Shown here: in pieces, positions 50,901 through 64,000 of the stretch
Layout: the number at the start of each line of letters is the position of its first letter
Numbering within the stretch: the first letter of the stretch is position 1
Position numbers and translations under genes: made by a program
The notes under the pieces: model-generated
Told to the model about the DNA's origin: nothing
Seen by the model: only the letters and a program-made list of their open reading frames with translations
Databases searched by the model: none
Assembly: GCA_965153455.1 (NCBI GenBank)
Contig: OZ234493.1
Span: 13,878,213 to 13,942,212 of the forward strand
DNA length: 64,000 nt
Source of the DNA: Sphagnum compactum
Lineage: Eukaryota
Direction: 5' to 3'

Positions 50901-53900
50901 AAATATTATGGGTTATAAGGTGCCCTCCATCAACACTAGAAAAAATCCAACCACATGTCTCTTTATGTTATATTGGTAGTTGGTTATTTATCAATCATCC
51001 ATAAAGCATTTTTTTTTGTTTTGAAACACATGAATTAGAGAAGAAATTTTTTAATTTGGCACCTTTCTGTTATTATTCCACATGCTCAAACATTTGCACA
51101 ACATTATATACCATAGCACCCAAATGGATTTGACATTAATTTAATTAATTTTTTTAATTGTTAAAATGTCTTCAATTTTTTTGAATTTTTTAAAAACTTG
51201 AAAAATTTCAAGTATCCATTGTTGAAAGTTCATAAACCTAATGGGGCCACCACAATCCTTCTTTGATAGGTAGGTATGAGTTGTAATGCCTCTTCTACAT
51301 GCATGAGGAGGTGGGACGAAGAGCTTTTTCTCACACCAACTTGTCCTATTCTTGCACATTGTAATTAAACATTCTTACCTCAACATAGAAACAACCTGCA
51401 TCACCATGGCCGGAGTAGTATTTCCAAATTCATGGAGTTGGAGTGTAAATTTCAAAAGTAAAAAGAGGATAAAGAAAATTTTTCCCTTAGACAAAATAGA
51501 TGTTTATTGTTTTGAACAATTCTTGTTTTGCAACTAAGATGGAGGAGTGTGAGAGAATCATTCAAAGAAGCAACATTTCAAATTTTGCACACTCTTATTA
51601 TGACACTGCAACATGATGACAATATTGCAAACATTCAACACAATTCAAGAATTATCTCATCATTTGACGAGCAACCATAAATCCTCATTTTTTCCCCTTG
51701 GCTTTAAGGATCATACAAAAGAACCTTAAGGGAGCACAAGCTTTGAAGTAGTTCCAACAATGTTGTCATTGAATACATTTTGTTTTGGTTTCATCAACAA
51801 AGTTCTTTCTTAATGCAATTGCTCCATTTTCTGACTTTGGATTGTTTGAAGAAAGTTTCTTGAAAAAGATTTATATTTTGTCAAGTTGAATCATCATTTG
51901 AGGGCATTTGAAAGCAAGCATAGTTGTGCAACCTTTGGTAAGGCTTTAGCAAATTTGACAACCACACATTGTGAAATAATGTGTTTTCTAGTGCTTATCT
52001 AATATCCTTTTTCTCCATGTTTTCAAGTCTTGCAATTTATGTTTCATTGGTATAATGTTGAAGTCTTGGTAACATGTATAACTATTCTCTTAACTACTTG
52101 TGCAATCCAAGTTGAAAAGGGTCAAAACAAAACCCTTAAATCCAAAATCCTAAGCACAAAACCTACACTTTTATTTAATGTTGCATTAGATTTGTTATTG
52201 GGGGAAAAGTTAGGTTTGACCATGAGCTGAAAAGAAGAAAGATGGTGATGTGATGTGACAAGATTGTCCCTTGCAAACAATGAAGAGAAAATCCAAAACC
52301 ACAATGCTAAAATGAAAGGCAAATCTTTGGTATATTCTTTTATTCATGTTTTTTTTTCTATTCACAAAACTTGTGATGTTTTGAATATTGTTATATAGGA
52401 CCTCACATAGTGATTAATGTTTTTATGCTCAAAATTGCACAATGATTTTAAATATAATCTTATGTTTCTAGTTTTTAGAATGGGGTGATTGCAAGCTAGA
52501 GGGTCTATAAAATCGTGTACAAGGGCAACTATTTTCGCACCCCTTCAAGTTCAAATGCTTAGATAATAAATTTGTGCACACATATATTCAATTTCAATAC
52601 AATAAACAACTCTAGATATTAAACGAGAATATATATATATATATATGATTAAATACAATCTTTGGGGGACTTTTTTGTCTATAAACTAGAAGTGAAACTA
52701 TCTTGCAAAATTATGCATATGGATTCACTAAATTAAAAAAGTCCTCAATGAACAACATTTATATTTTTCTCAAAATTCAATGACATGTTGATGAACCATA
52801 GATGGAAGTTTCCATGCCATTTTGTATCATGAAATGTATTTTAATGGACTTTTGAAAGTCGCAAAATGCACCAATTATTTCCATTTTAAAATGAAAATGA
52901 AACCTTTATTATTATTATTTTCATGAAAAATGATTATATACATAAGTAAAATAGTGACCTAGGTCAATTTTTAAATATCAGATGTGGTTTAGGCATGGAT
53001 AACAATGTCACATTTGTTGCAATCAAAATACACTATGAAAATGTATTTTTATGGAAACCTCAAATGTCATTTTTGGTCCATTATAGCTTGTAGTTACTCA
53101 ATGGTGCAATTCAATTCACATTTAATGCCCTAGAAATTCACTCTTCAACATGAGGTTGGTTTTCAACATTTGTCTTTTGTACTTGTAGTCGAACTACAAA
53201 TTAATCATCATTAAAGATGAAATTTCAAGGTGCAATGCCCAATTTGATGTAAGAATTATGAAATTCAGATATGAAGAAAACACTATTAAAATTCACAATT
53301 TATTTGACCAGGAAAATCAATAGAAAAGAACCCATTTTAAACAACCACCAAAAAGTTCATCCAATCATTTTGGACGCGTCATTTTGTACACATCTAGCAT
53401 GACCAAGATGGTTTATTTGACTAGGCCTAAGGTGGTGTTTTTGACTAGTCATTTTGACCAGTGACTATTTGACTACTAGTCAAATTGAACATTATTAGCC
53501 CATTTAAAGTGAACGTTAATCAACAAAATGTGTTGATTGGTCAATGGGCAATCAACATTTGAAATGTTGGGATCAAAGTTTGAACCTTGTTCTCCTAAAT
53601 GGGACACCCTAAACTTTGCCATCCAACTACCACTTTTGACCTATTGCTTATGAAGCCAAATACTAAAGTTAATGGACATTGTATCAATTTGTGCTAAAAA
53701 TCATCAACTTTGAAATGTGATTTCTTTTTTATATTTTGCTCAAATGAAACAAATGAATTTTCAAATTTGGAATTTTTCATAAATGTACACATTTGTAATA
53801 AATGGAAACCAAAAATTTCAAATCATTTTGATTAAAAAATGTTTGAATGTTATTGTTTAGTAACAAGTCAAACAGAAAATTTTCATCCCATACTTTGGAC

Positions 53901-55339
53901 ATGTAACTATATATACGTAAATATGTATTTTTATAATAAAATTTGGACTACTATTTTTAATCAAAAATAAATAAATTTTATGACTTAATTTTTTCAAAGC
54001 TCAATCACTTTATATTAATTCTTCGTAGAATACTTATAAATTTCTTCAATAACATGTCATTAATATTACAAAATTGCACCATGTTACATCCCAACATGTA
54101 TTATATTTATTGAACAATATATATATAATCGTATGAATACATGTTGAAATGTATGTATATAACAAGTTTCATAATAATAATAATAATAACTCATAATAAC
54201 TACAAAAATTAACTTTAATTATCTATTTCAATCAATTTTTAATATTTCAATATTATGTCAATTCAATTATAGAGAAATTTTGTGTTTGAATATTTCAATA
54301 ATATTACAATATATTTAGAAAGTTACAAAAAATTATTGTCATTCAATACATTCAAATGTTTTTGTGGTTTAATAATTTCAACTTTTTATATAATTCCACA
54401 AATTATTAGACCTAAATATCTTTTCAAATAATAATATAATTGCTAAAATCATAAATAAGTTTTTAAACAAAAATTGTAATTAAAAAATTTCACAAAAATT
54501 TTATATAATTAATTTCAAGACGATAATGTAACTAAATCATTATAAAAATAATTATAAGTACATAATTTGAAATATATATATAATTAAATAATTACATAAA
54601 TTTAATGTAATTGAATTACAAACTACAATATTTCATAAAATAATCAAATAATTACAGTAATTTTTTATGAATAAATAATTTTCGAAATAAGAAAATATCA
54701 AATAATAGTTTTTGTTTTTGAAAAAATTGATTCAATATCTACAATAAAATATTATAAAATATTATAAAATAATTTCAGAAAAATTACTATAATGAAAGAA
54801 AATTTCTAAACTTATGTAATTAAGTACATTAAAAAACTATTGTAACTAATACTTTCAAAAAACATCAATTAATAAATAACATGATAATTATAATTAATTC
54901 TAATAATAAATTCTAATTCTAAAAACCTTAACATCACATCAATTGAAGATTTTGAAAACTAATATTTATAACATTTTTCCAAATAAAAATGTAAACAACA
55001 AATTGATTAAATAAACTTTGGTTTACATAATAATGTAATATGTCATATTGTTACTAATTGACATAATATGTAGGTTATAATAAATAATTTTATAGATGAA
55101 AGATCTTAAATATCAACTAATAACTAATTATTAAAAGATCAAGATTGAAATTTTACTTTTAATAATATCGAAACAAATATTAAAAATAATATGTTTTAGT
55201 ATGTACCAAAATAAACATTAAAAATGTTTGTTTGAACCAAATTTGGTATTAAACCAAAATGATGAAACATACATTATTAACATTGTATATGTTTAATTTA
55301 CCCAACACAAGACTTACGGCACCTAGTTAGTATACACAA

Positions 55340-55560
55340 TATTTATCCATTTTGCCGAGGCCAAGTGCCATTTTGACCAATGAGACCCCTAGGGTACTTA
55401 CATAATATACGTATCCCTTGTCACCTTTGATTAAGCCAAATGCCATTTTGACCAACAAAACCCATAGGGTACATAAGTAGTATAGGTACCCCTCGTCACT
55501 TTTGACTAAATCAAATGTCATTTCGACTGGGATATTCATTTTTAAGTACATTTTGACTAA
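55340..55560 (+). repeat. Degenerate tandem repeat with a period of about 75 bp
   Basis: CCAAGTGCCATTTTGACC, CCAAATGCCATTTTGACC and TCAAATGTCATTTCGAC at 55361, 55436 and 55511. Confidence 0.65.
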
Positions 55561-58500
55561 ATGTTCAATTTGACACCTGGTTGAATAGGTCATCTTGGTC
55601 AAATTGCTTAATCAAAAACTACACATGTCATTTAACACTTGAGCTTCCAATCAAAATGGATATGTTTAAAGGTCAAAAAGGATCATTTAGTCAAGTTGTA
55701 TGGTTTGATAATCCATGAATTCTAATAATGAAAAGAAAAAACATTCAAGTTGTTATGGCTAATCCATTTTGGAGATTCCACAAATTACTTTCAAGGGTTG
55801 AATTTTTAATGATATGGAATAATTGGTATCTCATCAATAAAAGTAAATTGTTTGTGAGCTAGGTACAAGTATGGATTTAACAAAGAATTCTAATGTTTGA
55901 AAAAATAAAGAACATAAGTAAAACCCAATGAAAAGTGTTCCACTTATGATGTGATGTCAATGAAGGTGTAAAGCCACCAATTATGAGTTTAAAAATATTG
56001 TCTAGTTGTGTTGGACGTATGAACTAAAAGATTGATAAGAAATAAGAATCAAGATTTGTGAAAACATGTAAACAAAATCAAGGAACAACAATTGATGAAA
56101 ATCAAAATGGATGAAAAAGTGTGCATGTGCATTCATTCATGTTGAAAATATAAATAATATTTTAGTCTGTGCTGAAAATATTGAAAAATCAACTATAATT
56201 TGCCAAAATGAATTTTTGAATTAATTAATTAATTGACATAATGTGTTGAATCTATTAACGTGTTATAATAGTCACTTGAAATCTTTTGACCTTAATTTGA
56301 ACTATTGTCACATGGTTCTTGTTTGTTTATTCAATAGGTTTAGGAATTTATCCCCATTTAATTCCCATTGACCTAAACATGAATATCTAATATAATAGTT
56401 CCAAAGCGATTTTTGGATTTAGTATTTTTCCAATGTTATGTTAAGGGAAACTCACATCAATTTTTGTGTAATTTTCAATTAGGTTTTGGTTAGCTCCCTA
56501 GTTAACAATATAATGACATGCATAATATATTTTGGATGGAGTATAACCATTTTATGGTGGAAAGTATCAATGACATTGATAAATGTGCACAAAATCCAAT
56601 TTGCTTTTAAAACACAAGTTGGGCAACTATAATGATTGGCCCACATGATTGCATTTAAATAAAAATTTGCTTTATATTTATCTATTTTTCAAATTGTGTG
56701 GTCACGAACGATTGCAAAACAATTAACACAATTAATTAGATGTGATAAATATTGTTAGAAACCCAAATAAGGGTTTTAATGGACAACCATTAAAAATGTG
56801 TAATGAATTAAATGTGGCATTGGGCTTGATGTAATTATAAGATAATATTCAATAGATAAAATATTTTTGAATTTTTGGGTTTTATTTTTATTTTATTTTA
56901 AGTGAAAAGATGATTTAAAATGTAATTATCTTTCTTGCACAATATTTTCAAAGAAAAAAATGATGTAATGGTTAAAATCCCCTCCCCCCTTTTCTCACAA
57001 AGGTCCAAGGTTTAATTATTTTCCCAAATTCTCCTTTTCTCCCACAAACAAAATGGGTGGGAAAAAATAGCCCTTGGGCAAATTCTTCAAGTTTGTTACC
57101 ATCAATGAACAACTTCCCCAAGGAAAAGTGGACAAAATGGCAATCTCAATCAAATTGCCCAAGGGAAAAAAAGGGACTTGGAATACTCAACCGAGAAGAA
57201 ATGGACTTGGAATTCCAACCAAATTCCTCAAGGAGTAATTTGGTTGAAGAGAAAGGGACTTTCCCAATGAGAAAAATGGATTACATCACAAACTTACTAA
57301 TCTTTCTAAGTTTGTATTAATTTTGTGCAAAATTCGATTTTCATAGGTTCGTACAAAAATCACATGAATTTCATGTTATGGTTAATATGAACCATATTTG
57401 TACATATTGAATATCTAATTATTCAAATGGATGAGACATTGTTTTTAAATGACATACGTGAATGTTCATGTTTAATACACAAAAATTACATAATTTTAAG
57501 GCAAAATTACTTCACAATAATTATAAGGGAGCAACTTCCTTGAAGAGAAGGGGACTTGACAATCCCAACCAAGTTACCCAAGGAACCATGTTTTGGACCC
57601 AAGTTCCCCATGGTTGGGGCTACCATGGTTCCCTTCTCCCCTAGGAACTTGCTTGAAGAAGTTGCCTAAGGGTTTTTATTTCATCCATTTCATCTATGGA
57701 AAAAAAGGAGAATTTGGGAAAAGAATCAAAGTTTAGACTTGTGTGTTGAAAGGGTGGAATTTTAACCACTACATCACATTTTTTTCCTTGAAAATATTGT
57801 GCAAGAAAGATACTTAAAAAGTTAATCATAGTTTTTGGGTATAGTAAAAAATATTTCAAAAATATTTTTCCTAGTATGCACTACCCTACAAACTATGTCA
57901 AGGTTAGTGCTACATTTAATTTGTTGCGTACCTATATTGCTTACTAGGGTAATAGGTGGAGCTACCTTTATGGGCTAAATGTGAAGAAATGCTTAAAGTG
58001 ATTCAAATTTAACTGCACCTTATACATATGTGCCAATATCTACCACATTTTTAAAATGTATAAAGTATTTCCCAACACTCCCCATAAACATAAAAATATT
58101 GGATAATGTAATGTAAAATGAAGATCACTTGAATTCCATCACATGGGTCAATCATTATGCCTAGTCAATTAACTATAATTATGTTATGTATTAGAATATA
58201 AGTCAAAGTTTCTTTTATTGCATTATTGGCATACTTGTCATCTACGATATGCTTTTGTTAGTGAGTAATTATACACACAAGAGTAAAAAATACATAGAAT
58301 GGTGCATGTACTCTATTGAATGAATAAAATGATACAAAAAGTTTGATATTATAGTGTTTAGGTGTAAGCACAAATAATTAATACTAATAACCTAACACTA
58401 ACAATGATATGACCAATAATTATTTAAATTAAATTTCAAACTAACTAGCCAATAATATAGCTAATATTAATTAAAAGCTACAAGTGATTAATATATAAGA

Positions 58501-59859
58501 GGATAAAAAAATACAAATATTCATTAACAATTTTGACTAAGTGTGACTCGAATTGTAGCTATTTTATTCTACCTTCATTGTATTATTTCATTAGATTACT
58601 TAAAGGAAGTAAACAATTATATTTTTCATTGAAAGGATTGTTAATTTGGTCTATCATTAGAAAAATTCTTGTCAATTTTAACCCTATGTTTGCAACTAGT
58701 GTGTGATTAGTGTTCAAATTAATTCATTTTGCAAATACACTTGTGGCAATCCTATGTCACTATAGTTGCAAGTGCTTGTAATTATGTATGCGACTACATG
58801 CTGATGAATCTAGATTTTAGTTGTACATGTGACTACAATTTGTCACTCATCGGGGCTAGGCTACGTAATTTGGACATGTGGCTCATGTGACTATTTATAA
58901 TATAACCACAAATGTAATTGCAAAGGTCAAGTTCTACATTGGCTACATGGGGACCAAGGTTCATGTGACACTTATGTTCATTCATGATAGTGAATAAGAA
59001 AATAGATTGTAATAACAAGGGTTTGCAATTGTTAGTGCAACTATGTGCCACCTGATTTTCTTGTGAATGATTGTTTTGATGACATTTGTGTTAGGTGACT
59101 AAAACATTTTGAAATCATAAATATCTATTACGACTCAAATCCAATCACTAATTGAGTGATTATTTTTTAAATTTCTTTTGGTGAAATCCTTCTTCAAATT
59201 ATATTATAAGAAACACACATGTTGTTTGCATCTATAATTCATTTTTCATTCTCATGAACTTGGAATTATTATTTTTCACCATGAGTTATTTCTAATTTAT
59301 AGGAACTTGTTGTAAAAGGCAAATAATCATATTTTTGCAAACTTTGGTTGTGAATTTTTAAATGCAAGATTCTTGAACACAAAGGTGATATTAATTAACT
59401 TCTATTCTAGTAAAAAAAGTTGCACATTTAAGCAAACTCTTCAACATGTTTATAGTTTGGATTTGACTACAATTTTTTTTCAATTTTTAATATTGGGATT
59501 TCTCGATTTCATGAAAATATTGAATTTTAAATTTTCAAATTTGAAATTCTAACAATGTTTTTGTATGAGACATGATAAATCTCTTTGATTGATAATTTTA
59601 TAAGACTTTTTATATATGTTGAGTCTCTATATACAAAATAAATTGGCTCCTCATGGAAGATTTTTTTTTTTTTTTTTTTGGGTTATTTTCTTATTAGCAT
59701 CTTACAAAATGTTAGGTCATAACCTTGAATTGACTTTGGAAATCATGTGATTGTAATTAGAATCGCTTTGTATGTTAGATTTCACAATTTAGAAAGTTGA
59801 AACTTGAAAGATGGTCAAATAAATGCAAATGATTGATTTTCTTTAAGTTTTTTGTCAAT

Positions 59860-62023
59860 TTAAAAAAAACTTGTCTTTTTCATGATCCTATAAAATTCTT
59901 CTTCATTGATTTCACCATCACCTGGTATTGCAATTTTCCAACCATCCAACCCAAACGCTTTTGCATGTCGGAATGTAATCTTCATTGTGAATTTTTTCTC
60001 ATCCCTAATTTTGGCCAATTGTTTTTAATAATAATTTCCAATCTTATATTCATGAAACTACTTTCATTAGAAATTTTATAGTTTGAATTGAATCTACAAA
60101 AAATTATATATCTACAATTGTAATTTAAAATGTTTTTGGGGTATATTTATATTACAAGTTTTTTACCAATTCAACCTTTGATATTTTTTGTGACTCTATT
60201 TTAAAATTGTGCAATAAGTCTAAACCTTAAATGTGTTTATAGTTTTATGGATTGAAAAACTACACCATCATGATCAGTTTCATCAATCATCTCTTGCAAT
60301 TCTTCATTAGTCATATTTTCACCAAGCTCTTCTGCAACTCGTTTAATATTTTGGAATGAAATCTTACCCTACAAAAAATGTGAAATGTGAAAAAAGAATG
60401 GAAATTTTGAATTGTAAAAATCAATTGAATAAAGTTTTTTTAGGGTTTATTGCTTGCATTTTATTTTATACATTATTTTTTTGGAAATTCAATTATTTAA
60501 ATTCATTCATTCATTCATTCACAAGGTTTATGTAAATAACCCACAGTTTCATCATCATCAAACAAACGAAATGTCTTCATGATTTCTTCCTTTGAATCCG
60601 GTTCACCCATCTTGGATGTCATTATGTGCAAAAACTCGTTAAAGTCGATTTTCCCACTACCATCCTTATCTATTTCAGCTATCATTTTCTTAATTTCCTA
60701 AATCCAAAAACTCAAAAATACAAATGTGAAGAGTTTTAACAATATTTGAAGATTAGGTTATGCAACGAATCCATGACAACTTTGACATATTTGAAACATG
60801 TGTGCATGGTATGTTTCATGATGAATTTAAGGCATTTCTCAAATTTTTCACTTATCAAGATCCTAAATTTTAATTAGGTTATTGGGTCAAATTAAAACAT
60901 TTGACATTACCTTGCAAAATGAAAAAGATGAGATCTCCCACGCAATATAAAGAACTTCAAAAATAAATTCAATCACAATGTTTCATGAGTTTAAAAGTTA
61001 AAGTTAATCACAACTTCTTTTACTAAACAAAAATGGGGTCATGTGTTTTGAATCAACTAACCTCTTTTTTTGGTTCAAATCCAAGAGCTCTGTAACATGT
61101 ACCCATATGTTTGTCAAATGTCAAAAATATATTGAACATATGTTGAATAGAACATATATTCTACCTATGGAATATATTTTATCTATGTTTAAATAATACA
61201 ACATCAACTTATGGTGTGGGATTTTCTATTCAACTATTTTAAAAAAAACATATATTGAATAGAAAATTCCACACCATAAATTGATATGGTATTATTAAAA
61301 CTTCCTAAACCAATTATGTGAATATGTGAGGTGTCATACCTCATTGCAATTCGAAGGTCATTACCATCAATTAATCCTACAAGAATTAAAGATGACACAA
61401 ATGACATTAGCATCAAATGACACGTCAAGATATAACAAAGAATCCAAATTTTAGTATCAAAAGTTGTGACAAGCTTCATCCCAAAGTCATGATTTTGGGT
61501 TGCAATTTGTTGGATTGCTTAATTAAAATTACCATGGAACTTCCAATTTCTAATGATCTTGCAATTTTTGACAAAATGTTTTGATTCAACATGTCACTAA
61601 ATTTGTTAAAAATTCCACTTCTTGTTAGACATTATTTTCATAGCTCAATATCATGATTTGTGAAATTTTTACTAATATTATAAATAGGACCAAAAGTTTA
61701 GTCCAATCTAATACCATTGCCATCCTTGTCAAAAAGATCAAAAGCTTCACGAATCTCTTGTTTTTGGTCTTCTTTTAAGCCTTGTGAACGAGCTTTGTTC
61801 TTGGCTTCTTTTTTTGAAGGCCCCGCTCCAAGGGAAGACTTCTATTGCCACACAAAAGATGCAAATTAAGAAAGCTAACATTAGACACAAAACTCAAAAA
61901 AAAATTTCACAAAATCCAATATCCATCTATAGGTCATTCACATAGAGTTACACAATGACCTATGTGAACACAACTTCAATAGTTTGCAAAAACACAATTG
62001 TAAAAATTCAAAGTGTTTACCAT
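59860..62023 (-). CDS. CETN: Centrin (caltractin), EF-hand protein, 7 coding exons, 170 aa
   Basis: Exons 62023-62021 (ATG only), 61841-61715, 61376-61340, 61089-61062, 60697-60545, 60368-60266 and 59921-59860 (513 nt, all GT-AG, phases consistent). Reads [103 protein letters not shown]. Confidence 0.93.
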
Positions 62024-64000
62024 GCTTGATCTTTCAGCATGGTAATCTTGTGACCTAAAGACAAAGTATCCCAATATAGATCTAATATCCAAATCACCTT
62101 CAAAAGGCCCAATCACACATCAAAAGGAATTATATAAATCCATGTCCAAACCTTAAAAGTTAATTCTAACTATGATATGAATGTTGCCTATTTCCCTTTT
62201 ATGTCAATTCAATGGCACTTTTAAGCAACAATGTAGATGGACAACCCCCTTGCAAATGGTTGTAACAAGATATAGAAAAGACAATTAAATGTTTGATATG
62301 CATTGCTCATCACAACTTGCAACCCACAATTGAACTACCCACAATTTTTGTTACTTAATGGGTGGCTAAATAAAGGTCTTGAACACAATGCCATAGATTC
62401 TTAAAATTTACATTATTGTTTTGAGGTTGCCATATATACATAAGACAATAGAAATTATAAAAACATTTGAATAAATATGTTATAATGATATTATTAGTAT
62501 TTTTTAAGCATCTATTATTATTCTATGTTGAAATGTTTAAAGTGCTAGTAAGAAGACATAAGGTGACAAAAACTTTCAAATGATTAATACCAAATGTTAT
62601 CAAAGCAACTTCCAATGGTTAGTACAATTTAAAACCCCGTTTTCAAATTCAAATTTATGTCCACATCTCATTCAAATAGGTTAAGCATTTACCTTGAAAT
62701 CTAATTTGTCGATACAAAAGATATGGGTAAAACCAATGGTTGAACTTTTGGCTCAATTCATTCTAAAGCACACAAGTTGTTGCATGGTTCAACAAAATAA
62801 TTCAAATTTAAATATTTACAAGAATGTGAATTCGACTAAATCAAGAAATAATTGTTTGATATTTCATGTCCAAACTATAAATAGCTTGTGGGTATCCTTT
62901 TTGAACAATTCAATGTGACAAATCAACAGTTCAAAATGCAAAATGTCTTGTTTGCTTGACAAAAATTACAAATTTTTATTTTCAATCTTTTTTGGTTAAA
63001 ATGTGAGCTAGTCAAGTGCATTGTGTGAGAACAATTTCAAAAACAATTTAATAAATGGCACTAAAGTTATGAATTCCCCTTTCCACAATGCACCCATTAG
63101 CTCTTGTATAATATGGTTCAACAATAAGGTGTCTAATAAAAATAAAATTGGTCATTTATGTTTAGCAACAAAAATAAAAATATTTAGTAACTCGACATTA
63201 GCCTAAATAATGAAGCTAGTGTGCTCGAAAGTTTCCAAAATTGGCAATTCCAAAAAGTTCATCCACAAGTCTTTTTAGTCATCAATAGTGTGGTCATTAG
63301 GGACAAGGGGCCGGTTAACACAAAAAATTTGTGGATCGTTAAACCTTGAGGTAAATAATAGATTGGGTTGCTTTTGTTATAGCAATTAAAAATTTTGCAC
63401 AAGCAAAAAGGGAATAAACATAATTTAATTGGCAACTTCATATCATTTTTCTTCTTTCCTCAATTTTATTGAGTCCTACACCAAGTTTGAATTAGAATCC
63501 ATGTGATGCAAATTCATTAAGGCAATTTCCACATGGAATTATCTAGTAAAACAACATATAAAAACATATTATGCAAAAAGCTTTCTATACTAGCTCAATT
63601 TTAAATATTTGCACGATTTCATAATTTGAGCTTTGCATTGCTACGCACTACTAGCGATGATCAATTATTTATTTTATTTTTCTTATGTTTTCATATGATT
63701 TTCAATAATTCATCATTATTTATGTCAATGACAAATTTTAATAAAAATAAATATACATTTCATGGATATGAAAAGACATATTTTAATTTGTTTTTTTTTT
63801 TAATATCCATGTTGGTGGATAGGGAAAAAGAGTGAGGTGGTTATATAATGGAGATAGTTATTACGAAAGAAATGTAGTTAGGGTTGAAAATGAGGTAGTT
63901 ATTTTCGACAAAAAACCCCATATAACAGTTTTGATTATTTATCACTGAAATTAATATGTAAATGTTATATTAATCACATTGTTCACCAAAAGGGGGGAAA

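Noticed and set aside
48000-59800. Short ORFs in the AT-rich region
   Set aside because: No recognisable motifs or consistent exon chains. Probably very old TE debris that I cannot classify by eye.

Overview
Eukaryotic, AT-rich plant genomic DNA with GT-AG spliced genes set among decayed transposons. A flagellar-type centrin and an H1-derived protamine-like gene suggest a land plant with motile sperm, most likely a bryophyte such as a peat moss (inference only). Apparently intact genes reconstructed by hand: eIF2B beta (9 exons, -), a 2-exon linker-histone/protamine-like gene with an Arg/His tail (-), a 3-exon CYP71-clan cytochrome P450 (+), a single-exon secreted precursor ending in a conotoxin-like C-C-CC-C-C cystine knot (+), and a 7-exon centrin essentially missed by the ORF track (-). 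Pseudogenes: an EMS1-type LRR-RLK kinase fragment and an 'RPL18a-like' small membrane-protein gene. Mobile DNA: a near-intact 2.5 kb Mutator-like element (53-bp TIRs, 8-bp TSD) inside a Ty3/gypsy RNase H relic, three copies of a short non-autonomous Helitron (one with its empty site visible in the window), two hAT relics, a ~1 kb local duplication and several minisatellites. The most interesting loci are the H1-protamine gene, the knottin precursor and the GC-rich MULE. All identifications come from motif recognition by eye; no database searches were run.
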